A DNA stretch of 64,000 nucleotides, taken from Chthoniobacterales bacterium. Its GTDB lineage: Bacteria > Verrucomicrobiota > Verrucomicrobiia > Chthoniobacterales > Chthoniobacteraceae. Position 1 is the stretch's first letter; each line of letters opens with the position of its first letter. The stretch covers positions 32,001 to 96,000 of the forward strand of contig JBBQZX010000010.1 of assembly GCA_038207335.1 (NCBI GenBank), given 5' to 3'. The notes under the pieces are model-generated. The model was not told the DNA's origin. It searched no databases and saw nothing but the letters and a program-made list of their open reading frames with translations. Below, piece by piece: positions 37,660-46,132 of the stretch. The translations under genes were made by a program, and so were the position numbers.

Positions 37660-38157
37660 TTAGGCAGTGTCGTCCGTTTCAAACGTGCTCTTCAGAAATG
37701 TTAAAATAGCTGTCTTCTCATTCCGACCAAGCCACCACCCAAGCTTGACCAGGGCAACGCCGAAGACTGCCATGCCAGCGGGAATCACAAGGTCGAGAAC
37801 CGAGCTGCTCTGAACGCTTCTCTGCCGAAACTGAACTGCAGTGAGTATCATCACAGAGAAGAAGGCGAGAAACGAGAACCACACAAACATGAAAATCTTC
37901 ACAAGCGGGTGCATCCTGAATTCCCCCTCGATGCTTGTGCCATCTTCAGAGGCTACAAATCGCCCGAAGAAGAAGGGAGCGAATGAGTTTCGGTAGTAAC
38001 GCCGCTTCTGAAGTCGGAAACCGGTTTCGCGAACCTTCCCGAGAATTGGCCTGGAACCAGCGTAGCCATTCCATGAAAACCCTACTCTCTCAACATCTAC
38101 GCTCGATGCCAGGCGATCCCGGCATTCCTCGATTGCAAGTCGCGAGTGCAATGTCAT
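37660..38157 (-). CDS. Hypothetical membrane protein (two C-terminal TM helices)
   Basis: YRNSFAPFFFGRF...GTSIEGEFRMHP followed by two hydrophobic helices. Confidence 0.7.
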   Translation of the reverse strand: MTLHSRLAIEECRDRLASSVDVERVGFSWNGYAGSRPILGKVRETGFRLQKRRYYRNSFAPFFFGRFVASEDGTSIEGEFRMHPLVKIFMFVWFSFLAFFSVMILTAVQFRQRSVQSSSVLDLVIPAGMAVFGVALVKLGWWLGRNEKTAILTFLKSTFETDDTA

Positions 38158-38199
38158 GGGCGTGTGGTGAGGCCAAGGGGAGGAATCTGCCGTGAACGA

Positions 38200-38640
38200 T
38201 CAAAGAACTGAATCTTGAGACGGCCCCTGACGAGATTCCATCTCCGCAAGTTGTCGGCGTGCCAGCTTGCCAAGCCAGGGGATCTCCCACTCCACATTGG
38301 AAAAGGCTTTCACAATGGTGATGATGTAAACGATCAGCCACACTAAGTCGAAGGCCCAATGGAGGAGACTGACGAGAATACCCATGAGTCCACCGATGAG
38401 GGGCAGATGTCCAAGCGCAATATGGGCTATGGTGAAGAAAATGGTGGCAGCGAACGCGAGCACTCCAAGGAAGATCGCTTGCATGGCCCAGAACCGGATG
38501 AATTCGTCCTTTTTTTCGAGCACGAAAAATACGACGCCCCCGAGAATGGAGAAGATGCAGGCGAGTCCAGCAGCGACATTTCGTGACAGCCCGCTAGTGA
38601 TCGGTTGGATTGGCTCGGGAGGTGTAGTTGGCTCTGACAT
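38200..38640 (-). CDS. DUF4870-like membrane protein
   Basis: SGLSRNVAAGLAC, FFVLEKKDEFIRFWAMQAI, IVKAF..EWEIPWLGKLA. Confidence 0.82.
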   Translation of the reverse strand: MSEPTTPPEPIQPITSGLSRNVAAGLACIFSILGGVVFFVLEKKDEFIRFWAMQAIFLGVLAFAATIFFTIAHIALGHLPLIGGLMGILVSLLHWAFDLVWLIVYIITIVKAFSNVEWEIPWLGKLARRQLAEMESRQGPSQDSVL

Positions 38641-38815
38641 GAATGTTGAGAATGCTGTCGCGCGAAAACTGGCCTGTCAAGGCTGAGGCTGCGCTGATCC
38701 ATCGACAGATCAAGAAGATGCGCGGAACAACGCGTGGCGGAGAGGTATATCCTCTGACCTATGCTGTGCCGTCGCTAATGAATGAAGGAATGAACGTATC
38801 TACAATGCCCTGCGC

Positions 38816-39676
38816 CTACTCACAATTGACCGTGATGGTGTCGATGAGATCTTCGAGACTCAATTTTGCAGCCGAATCGGCCTCAGCAGTCGTGCGGAGG
38901 CTTGTAGGGGTTGTGCAACTGAGTCCCATGACAGAAGCCTCAGGAACACGCAAACCAAGTCCTACCCAGCCTGCTGTTTGCTTCCCATTGCGACCTCGAA
39001 CATCACGTCGAACGCCACACCCAAAAGCCACACGGACCACCTCAGCGGCCAGCGAGGCAAACTCCTGCCGAGATAGCGGAGCGAGCGTATTGAGCCTGCA
39101 GAAAGTGAAGTAGTGATGAAACGCATCGGTGACCGTGATGGCGCTCGAATCGATCTTGATCAGCTCCTTCTCCACGAACAGCTCGTAGGGCGCTTTGGCT
39201 GTGGACTCGATGATCCTTCCGTCGATCATGCGGCGTTTTCCCTTGTCGCCAGAGAAGAATGAGCTGTCAGCCGACAGCAATGCGCGAGCACGTCTGATCA
39301 CAGAATTCAAGATCTTCATGTCACGGAATTTGGTGAAGCGGCGCAACCTCGAACAAACTTCCAGATTCTTGCTCGCATCTTATCAGATATGAAGAAAGCA
39401 GCGCAGAGAGCTTCGCTTCGCTCGTGGGACAGGAGCAGCCCAGCCGGGGATCAAAGAAGTAGAATACTCCCTCTGGTTGGTAGAAGACTAGACCGTGGCC
39501 GAGATGTCTGTCACCTCCCAGAGCATGCCGATGGTGCGAAGGATCGACAACCTGCACTCGGATTCCTTGAATCGTGAGAGCATTGTCGCTTGAGGTTGCT
39601 GCTGGATAATCTGCCGCCGCTTCGGCTTCTGGATTTCTGAGGCAGGCACACCCTCATCGAATAGCTGGTAGCTCAA
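38816..39676 (-). pseudogene. Frameshifted phage/plasmid primase-helicase-like (D5/P4-type accessory domains) gene
   Basis: Three overlapping ORFs in different frames (39488-39676, 39321-39557, 38816-39346): LVFYQPEGVFYFFD, FVEKEL...ITVTDAFHHYFTFC...LSRQEF...GWVGLGL; no Walker A visible. Confidence 0.55.
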
Positions 39677-39965
39677 TGCTTCCTGCTCGGTGAAATTAGC
39701 TCGGCGTAGAACTTAAACGGCTCGGAAAAAACAAAACCTGCGTCTGTATTTGCGAGCTCGCAATAATAAAATCCCGGATTTGAGTTGTCTTCGATGCGCT
39801 CGACGGCAAAAATTTTCATTCCATTTTCCCGCTGCTCAAAACCAATGGTCGAGAGACGATAGCCCAGCGTTCTCAGCATCTTCCGGTTGATCAGTCGCGG
39901 CCTTTTTTTGCAGACTCAGAACGATGTGAGGCTGCGTCTTGCTTTACTTTGGTGGAAGTGCTCAT
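39673..39965 (-). pseudogene. Small hypothetical gene frameshifted in an A7 tract
   Basis: ATG at 39965 (2 bp after the upstream stop) MSTSTKVK...SAKK; one extra A at 39903-39909 joins RPRLINRKMLRTLGY... Confidence 0.55.
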
Positions 39966-39967
39966 GA

Positions 39968-40336
39968 TTATTCCGCTTCTTGCTGTTGGCTGATTTCACG
40001 AAGTGGCCGAATGCCAGCGATCCTACAAAACGGACGGTAATGCTTGCCGCGTGCTCCGGGCCTGTGTCTTATCAAGAAATTTGCGCGCTTCCCGATGAGT
40101 TTGTTCAAATCAAGAGCACCTCTGTCATTGATGAACTTATTGATCTCGTTTCCGAGCCAGCTTGATAGGAACTCCCTCAAGTCATCCGAGTGATCATCCA
40201 TGCAAAAGGTCCGCGCAGCAGCATCTTGGTGTAGATCGCGTGGATCGCAATCGATGTAGAACGTTAAGCGTGCCTGCTCAGTGCAAGAACACTGCGTTCC
40301 CTTTGAACTCGGCCCGTAGTTGATGTGGGTGTGCAT
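39968..40336 (-). CDS. Phage-like hypothetical protein (possible OB-fold ssDNA-binding), probably 5'-truncated
   Basis: DLREFLSSWLG...LDLNKLIGKRANFLIRH...RIAGIRP pattern. Confidence 0.45.
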   Translation of the reverse strand: MHTHINYGPSSKGTQCSCTEQARLTFYIDCDPRDLHQDAAARTFCMDDHSDDLREFLSSWLGNEINKFINDRGALDLNKLIGKRANFLIRHRPGARGKHYRPFCRIAGIRPLREISQQQEAE

Positions 40337-40349
40337 GGTGCATTTGGAT

Positions 40350-40901
40350 CTACCTGGTCCTCGTCGGCTTATTCGGGAACCTTGCGGACTCGGTGGGCTC
40401 TGACACAATCGACCATTCCTTTTCGTAATAATCCAATCTCAACGGCAAAGGCGAATGGCGGAGTTGTTCGAGGATTGGTCCGAGGGTGCTCATGGGGAAG
40501 TAGAGGACGAAGTATCCTCCCTTGTAACCTCCCGGCTGAGCCCTCGAAGAGGGAAACGTGAGGTTCCACGAGTCCAGATTTACCGGTACGGACTCGATGC
40601 TGTCCTTGAAATACAGTTCCGCAACAAGGCCGGGTGCAGATCCGAATAATGTGATTTTTGCACGAAAATCCCCGTGGCCGTACTTGCCGCCCCACACTTG
40701 GTTGAGCGCAAAACCACTCAACAGAATAGCGGGATTGGGCGGGAGATCCTTGTCGGTCATGGCCCGTATCCGCACCGGACGCCCAATCTTCGGACTAGCG
40801 GGCGGCGGCCTGCGTTCTCGCATTGAGGGTATGGCGCATCCGCTCAAAAGGCAGCTAGCGGCAAGCACGCAGGTGAAGAGCAAACGAGTGGATATGTTCA
40901 T
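40350..40901 (-). CDS. Hypothetical lipoprotein
   Basis: [22 protein letters not shown] lipobox. Confidence 0.65.
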   Translation of the reverse strand: MNISTRLLFTCVLAASCLLSGCAIPSMRERRPPPASPKIGRPVRIRAMTDKDLPPNPAILLSGFALNQVWGGKYGHGDFRAKITLFGSAPGLVAELYFKDSIESVPVNLDSWNLTFPSSRAQPGGYKGGYFVLYFPMSTLGPILEQLRHSPLPLRLDYYEKEWSIVSEPTESARFPNKPTRTR

Positions 40902-41115
40902 GTGTGGATCAGGCTTTCGGGAATCGCTTTCAGGCGGAAAACTTCTCCCCTTCCCGGTGCGGGCTGCTCGCCCGCCGCGCCCACGGTCATGGCGATGCGG
41001 ACCGCCGCGCCATCCACGGTGTCCACCCAAGGATGATCCCGGATGGCAAAAAGGAGACAGAGGGGCCGAACTGGGGAAAGAGGAGGTGGGGGTGCGTCTC
41101 TGTGGCTACAGAGAG

Positions 41116-41178
41116 ATGACGCAAGCCCTCTGTCGGGTGACGCAAGCCTTCCGTTGGGTGACGCGAACCATCGGTCAG
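41116..41178. repeat. Three degenerate 21-bp tandem repeats
   Basis: atgacgcaagccctctgtcgg / gtgacgcaagccttccgttgg / gtgacgcgaaccatcggtcag. Confidence 0.75.
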
Positions 41179-41299
41179 GGCACTCGGGCTCTCTGATGGG
41201 GCACGAAAAGGCGGAGTTTCTCGATGTAGCGGCGCTGTGGCCCCCCCATCGAGGTGCGCTTGCACCACCCTCCGGTTGAAGGTCTGGCGGAGGCTGCGC

Positions 41300-41490
41300 G
41301 AGGGTGACGTAGAGGAAATTGCCGGAGCCGCAGGCGGGATCGAGGACGGTGACTTCGCAGAGCGCGGTATGGAAGCGGGTGATCTCGGCGCGGGCCGCGG
41401 GGTCGCCGCCGCGTTCGACCAGCGCGCCAGGAAATCGTCAAGGGAGGATTGCAGTTCAGCCGGGGCCACGGCGGCGGAGAGTGGAGGGGA
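41300..41490 (-). pseudogene. Remnant of an MmeI-like (Type IIL/IIG) restriction-modification DNA methyltransferase
   Basis: [12 protein letters not shown] (N-terminus) fused out of frame to [36 protein letters not shown] (SAM-binding motif I). Confidence 0.8.
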
Positions 41491-41650
41491 GATGGCCGCC
41501 CGGCAAGTCTGTGCTGCCCAAAGTGCGATCCCCCGCATTCGAAAAACACGATCAATCTCAGGCACGACTCCGTTTGCGCGCGGCCACTAAGAATCCGCGG
41601 ATACTGAACGCGCTCTCCACGATTGTGGCGATGATCGCCGAATGAAGCCG

Positions 41651-41902
41651 TCAACAGCGGTGCGGGGATGTGCGATGCGCGCCGAAGTATTTCTCGCTGC
41701 GGTAGCGAAGCCAGACGCGGAGAACCTGCGGGACTTTTTCCCGCTCGGCTTCGCTGAGGCTTTCGTAAAGGACAAGTGCTTTCTGACGTTCGCCTCGGCA
41801 GGCGCGATTGTTGTGAGCGTCCCAATAGCTGCGCGCCACGCGGATGCGGCGGCAGGTTTCCTTGATCAAGGATGCGCCGGTCAGGGGCTGGCCGGCCTTC
41901 AT
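41651..41902 (-). CDS. Small conserved hypothetical protein
   Basis: MKAGQPLTG...CRRIRVARSYWDAHNNRACRGER...LRVWLRYRSEKYFG; protein-like composition, function unknown. Confidence 0.65.
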   Translation of the reverse strand: MKAGQPLTGASLIKETCRRIRVARSYWDAHNNRACRGERQKALVLYESLSEAEREKVPQVLRVWLRYRSEKYFGAHRTSPHRC

Positions 41903-41996
41903 TTGACACCTGTAAATTTCATCACCCTGCCCGACGATTTGCGGAGCCGCCGTGTGGTCGGATGACAAGCGTTGGGATTGGGTGCGGTTCGCGTCT

Positions 41997-42866
41997 TCAC
42001 CGCGGCGATTTGATGGGGATGTCGAGAATCGTGCGGGGATCGACAGCCCAGGACTTTTTCACGAAGTCGTAGGGGAGGGCGAGGATGCGGTCGCGTGTGA
42101 TGCGCAGCACGGTGAACTCGGTCCACTTGGATTTCGGCGAGGGGAGTTGGACGAAGGGGAAGCCGCGATAGTGCTGGACGCTCGCGAAATGGTAGTGCCC
42201 GCCGAGGATGAGGATGACGTTGGCCGTGCCGATCGCGTCGATGAGCGCGTCTTTGTTGGTGATCGCGTCGTGGCAGAGATGCGTGACGATGACGATGGGC
42301 GCGTCCTTTGGGGCCTTTGCGAGTTCGCTGCGGAGAGTTTCGAGCGATTCCGCCGTGAGTGGCTGCGCAGGCTCCAGGCTCGCGTCGAAGGCGGACCACA
42401 GCATTATGAAGCGCACGCCGCCCGCGTCGAATGGGTAGCTGAGCGCCCCGTGGCGCGCGATCGCCCACTTTTTCATGGTGTCGGAGGGCTGGAGGCCGCC
42501 GTCGTCGTGATTGCCGATGACGTCGTAGGCGGGAAACTTGAGCCGGTTTTTCAGGAGATCGTCATACGTCTTCATCGCGGCGTAGGTCGGCCATTCCGTG
42601 ATGTCGCCCGCGCCAAGCACGAACTCGGGGCGCGCGACTTTACCGCGGATCTTTTCGGGATATGGCGTCCCCTCCATCACGTTCATCGCATCTACAAAGG
42701 GGATCACATGCGCCGCGGCTCCGCTGGTTTCGATGTGCTGATCCGACCATCCGAAGAACGTCAGGCCGGCATCGCTCGCCACGTCCTGCGCCACTCCCGG
42801 AGCGACCGCGAGCGAGAAGAGCGCGAGGACAGCGAGCAGCACTCGGAGCGAGAACGATCGTTTCAT
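41997..42866 (-). CDS. Secreted calcineurin-like metallophosphoesterase
   Basis: Signal peptide; SDQH, GAGDITE, GNHD, VTH, GGHYH. Confidence 0.88.
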   Translation of the reverse strand: MKRSFSLRVLLAVLALFSLAVAPGVAQDVASDAGLTFFGWSDQHIETSGAAAHVIPFVDAMNVMEGTPYPEKIRGKVARPEFVLGAGDITEWPTYAAMKTYDDLLKNRLKFPAYDVIGNHDDGGLQPSDTMKKWAIARHGALSYPFDAGGVRFIMLWSAFDASLEPAQPLTAESLETLRSELAKAPKDAPIVIVTHLCHDAITNKDALIDAIGTANVILILGGHYHFASVQHYRGFPFVQLPSPKSKWTEFTVLRITRDRILALPYDFVKKSWAVDPRTILDIPIKSPR

Positions 42867-42930
42867 CACACTGATGCTTACCCACCTGCCGCCCTGGGAG
42901 ATGAGCGCGAAGCGCGGCATCGCGTGAGTC

Positions 42931-43485
42931 TTACTGCGCGGTGAGCGCTTTCTCGATCTGTCCGGCGAGGACCGTGGAGTCGGGCTCGGTGTCTGAATCG
43001 AAGCGGGCGAGGAGTTTGCCGTCCTTGCCGATCAGGAATTTGCCGAAGTTCCACTGAATGTCTCCGGGCATCGGAGAGCCCTTCCCAGTCAACTCGCGGA
43101 AGAGCGGGTGCTGCTCGGGGCCTTTGACGTGGATCTTCGAGAACATGGGAAAGGTGACATTGAACTTCGAGGTGCAGAACTGCTTGATCTCAGCATCGGT
43201 GCCGGGTTCCTGCGCGCCGAAGTCGTTGGCGGGAAAGCCGAGCACGGCGAAGCCCTTGTCTTTGTATTTTTTCCAGAGCGTCTCGAGGCCATCATACTGA
43301 CGGGTGAAGCCGCACTGGGAGGCGACGTTGACGATCAAGAGCACCTTGCCGGCGTAGGGCTTGAGGGAGGTGTCTTTTCCGTCGATGTCCTTGAGCGGGA
43401 TGGACGCGAGTTCCGGCGCCGCGTGAGAGATGGATGCGAGCATCGGGAGGGTGAGAGCGAGGGTGAGGGTGGTGAGGAGGTTCAT
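42931..43485 (-). CDS. Glutathione peroxidase family protein (Cys-type, with signal peptide)
   Basis: GKVLLIVNVASQCG, LGFPANDFGAQEPG, FPMFSKI, IQWNFGKFLI. Confidence 0.95.
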   Translation of the reverse strand: MNLLTTLTLALTLPMLASISHAAPELASIPLKDIDGKDTSLKPYAGKVLLIVNVASQCGFTRQYDGLETLWKKYKDKGFAVLGFPANDFGAQEPGTDAEIKQFCTSKFNVTFPMFSKIHVKGPEQHPLFRELTGKGSPMPGDIQWNFGKFLIGKDGKLLARFDSDTEPDSTVLAGQIEKALTAQ

Positions 43486-43503
43486 GGGTGAAGTTGTGGG
43501 GAG

Positions 43504-43659
43504 TTATTTTTGGAGTAGGAGACAGATGCCAGCGACCAACGCCAGTAGCGGAAGTAGAATGTGGAGCTGACCGAGATTGATCCCGAACAGACCCATGAGG
43601 CCTATGACAACGAGGTAGATCGCGAGGAGGATAATGCCGAGGTTTTTGGGACGGTTCAT
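43504..43659 (-). CDS. Small two-TM membrane protein (51 aa; below the ORF-track cutoff)
   Basis: MNRPKNLGIILLAIYLVVIGLMGLFGINLGQLHILLPLLALVAGICLLLQK*; stop lies 18 bp upstream of the GPx start. Confidence 0.75.
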   Translation of the reverse strand: MNRPKNLGIILLAIYLVVIGLMGLFGINLGQLHILLPLLALVAGICLLLQK

Positions 43660-43849
43660 CGTGTGGGAGCCACCATTTCAGGAACGCGTCTCAATGTCAT
43701 CCAGCGAAGCCCACAGGCCAGCTCACCGAGTCCCCGGTGGTCCACTCACTCCGCGCTCGGTGGTGGGACGAGCGAGGCGATGTCGATCCCGTAGCTCCGC
43801 CGCGTAGGCGTGCCGCTGCCCCCCGCTGCGATTCACTGCCCGAGCGCTG

Positions 43850-46075
43850 ATGCCCCATTTTCTCCTCCTCCCATTCCTCGCCGCGGCCACCGGACATTCG
43901 GATCACAAAGTCGCGATCTTTTTCACCCAGATCGCGCTGCTCATCCTCGTGGGCCGCCTGCTCGGCGAGGCCATGCAGCGCATCGGCCAGCCCGCCGTCA
44001 TCGGCCAGCTCCTCGCGGGCATCATCCTCGGGCCGACCGTCTTCGGCTCGCTGTGGCCCTCGCTCCAGCAGACCATTTTCCCCACGGCCTCGGCAGACCG
44101 CCAGATGCTCTCCGCCGTCTCGGAACTCGGCGTGCTCATGCTGCTTTTGCTCACCGGCATGGAGACCGATCTCGCGCTCGTGAAGCGCGTTCGCCGCACC
44201 GCCGCCATCGTCTCCGCGGCCGGCATCATCATCCCCTTTGCCTGCGGTTACGCGCTCGGCGAGCTGCTTCCCGCGAGCATCCTCCCCGATCCAGAGCGCC
44301 GCCTCATCACGTCGCTTTTCCTCGCCACCGCGCTCTCCATTTCCTCGGTGAAAATCGTGGCCGCGGTGCTCCGTGAGGTCGATTTTCTCCGGCGCGATCT
44401 CGGCCAGATCATCCTCGCTGCGGCGATCCTCGACGACACGATCGGCTGGACGATCCTTGCCTTCATCGGCGGCGTCGCGGCGCATGGCAAAATCGTGCTC
44501 GGCCCTGTGCTCATCAGCGTCTGCGGCACGGTCGTCTTCCTCGCCGTCTGCTTCACCGTGGGGCATCGCTGGGTTGCGCGCATCATCCGTTGGGCAAATG
44601 ACCGGCTCATCATGGAGATGCCCGTCATCAGCGCCATCCTCGTGCTCATGATCGCTCTGTCGCTCCTCACGGATTTGATCGGCGTACACACTGTCCTCGG
44701 CGCATTCGTGGCGGGCATCATGATCGGCCAGTCGCCGATTTTGACGAAGCACATTGAGGAGCAACTGCGCGGCCTCATCGTGGCGCTTTTCATGCCCGTC
44801 TTCTTCGGAGTGGCCGGCCTTTCCATCAATCTGAAGGTCCTCGCCGATCCGCAACTCCTCGGCCTCGCCGTGCTCGTCATCGGCATCGCGAGCATCGGGA
44901 AGCTCGGCGGCTGCTACGTCGGCAGCCGGCTCGCGCGCTTGAATTCGCGCGAGTCGCTCGCCATTGGCCTCGGCATGAATGCGCGCGGCTCCACCGAAGT
45001 CATCCTCGCCACCATCGGCCTCGCGATGGGCGTGCTGAACCAGCGCCTCTTCACGATCATCGTCCTCATGGCGGTCGTCACCACGCTCATCATGCCGCCG
45101 CTGCTGCGCTGGGCGCTCGCGCGAGTGCAGACGCGACCGGAGGAAAAGGAACGCCTCGAAACTCAGGAAGCCGAACTCAAAGACCTCATGCCGAAAATCG
45201 AACGCGTCCTCGTCGGCCTCGACGCCAGCCGTGAAGCGCGCCTCGCCAGCCAGCTCGCAGGCTGGCTCGTCGGCGCGCGTCGGCTCACCGCGACTGTCGT
45301 CGATTCGGGTGGCGGCGAGAACGGCCCAGCGGAATCCGTGCGCACCGCCGCGACCGAGGCGGGGCTCGCGCTCTCCGCCAGCGATGCGGAGAAAATCGCG
45401 ACTGCATCCGAGACCGTCGGCGCTTCCGAAAAAGCGCCCACCAAACCCGCGCCGAGCAAGGACATGATCGCGATCCACTTTGTCCAAGAGCAAAGCCCCG
45501 AAGTGGCGATCCTTGCCGAAGCAGGGAACGGCTACGGCCTCCTCGTGCTCGGCCTCGACGGCGCGCGCGGCATCTCGCCCGCCGTCGAGAAAATCGTCCG
45601 GGATTTCAATGGCCCAGTCGCCGTCCTGCTGAACGCCTCTGGCAACCCGGCGACTTCGCGCACGCCGCTCGAAAAGATTTTGGTGCCCGCCACCGGCGCG
45701 GACTACTCGCGCTTCGGCGCGGAGGTCGCAGTCGCGATTGCAAAAGGCTGCCGGGCCTCGATCACCGCGCTGAACGTCTCCGCACCACCCGCTGAAAGCG
45801 AGCTGCTGCGCCGCCCCGAAAAACTTCTCCGCACCGGCCGCGCGCTCCTCGCGGACATCGCCGCGCTCGGCCAGCGAGAAGACGTGCGCGTCGTCACGAA
45901 GACGCTCGTCAGTCCGGCGAAAGAACGCGCGATCCTGCGCCAGGCACGCCTCGGAGGACACCAGCTCATCGTCCTCGGCACCACCGCCACATCCGCCGGC
46001 GAGCTGCACTTTGGCCAGAGCGCCGAGGCGATCATTGCCAGCGCCCCCTGCCCCGTCCTCATCGTGAAATCGTAG
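43850..46075 (+). CDS. Cation:proton antiporter (CPA2/KefB-like) fused to universal stress protein domains
   Basis: QPAVIGQLLAGIILGP, LGAFVAG, MNARG; C-terminal RVLVGLD, KILVPATG, FGQSAEAIIASAPCPVLIV. Confidence 0.92.
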   Translation: MPHFLLLPFLAAATGHSDHKVAIFFTQIALLILVGRLLGEAMQRIGQPAVIGQLLAGIILGPTVFGSLWPSLQQTIFPTASADRQMLSAVSELGVLMLLLLTGMETDLALVKRVRRTAAIVSAAGIIIPFACGYALGELLPASILPDPERRLITSLFLATALSISSVKIVAAVLREVDFLRRDLGQIILAAAILDDTIGWTILAFIGGVAAHGKIVLGPVLISVCGTVVFLAVCFTVGHRWVARIIRWANDRLIMEMPVISAILVLMIALSLLTDLIGVHTVLGAFVAGIMIGQSPILTKHIEEQLRGLIVALFMPVFFGVAGLSINLKVLADPQLLGLAVLVIGIASIGKLGGCYVGSRLARLNSRESLAIGLGMNARGSTEVILATIGLAMGVLNQRLFTIIVLMAVVTTLIMPPLLRWALARVQTRPEEKERLETQEAELKDLMPKIERVLVGLDASREARLASQLAGWLVGARRLTATVVDSGGGENGPAESVRTAATEAGLALSASDAEKIATASETVGASEKAPTKPAPSKDMIAIHFVQEQSPEVAILAEAGNGYGLLVLGLDGARGISPAVEKIVRDFNGPVAVLLNASGNPATSRTPLEKILVPATGADYSRFGAEVAVAIAKGCRASITALNVSAPPAESELLRRPEKLLRTGRALLADIAALGQREDVRVVTKTLVSPAKERAILRQARLGGHQLIVLGTTATSAGELHFGQSAEAIIASAPCPVLIVKS

Positions 46076-46132
46076 CGCGGAGTCGGCAGATTCCGTTTGC
46101 CCGCGAGTCCCACGCGCGAAGAACCTCCCATC

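Larger units (their letters stand above)
32857..41500. mobile_element. Decaying tRNA-associated genomic island (right boundary approximate)
   Basis: Starts at the tRNA 3' end; visibly lower GC and different codon style; many fragments and frameshifts; phage-like and R-M remnants. No integrase or att repeat seen. Confidence 0.7.

Noticed and set aside
34640..38640. Integron cassette array (co-oriented short genes; GCCGAAC, GTTAGCC and GTAGGTC near gene ends)
   Set aside because: No complete attC with paired R''/R' boxes and an internal palindrome could be built by eye, and there is no intI; IntegronFinder would settle it
39903..39909. Programmed frameshift or phase variation at the A7 tract
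   Set aside because: Neighbouring genes carry several unrelated indels, so simple decay is the more economical explanation
41116..41178. CRISPR array
   Set aside because: Contiguous degenerate 21-mers with no spacers; no cas genes in the window
32857..42000. attR duplicate of the tRNA-Ser 3' end or an integrase gene
   Set aside because: No second copy of TTCGAATCCCCCCCCTTCCGCCA and no tyrosine or serine recombinase motifs seen
42931..43485. Selenocysteine glutathione peroxidase
   Set aside because: The active-site codon is TGC (Cys); no in-frame TGA
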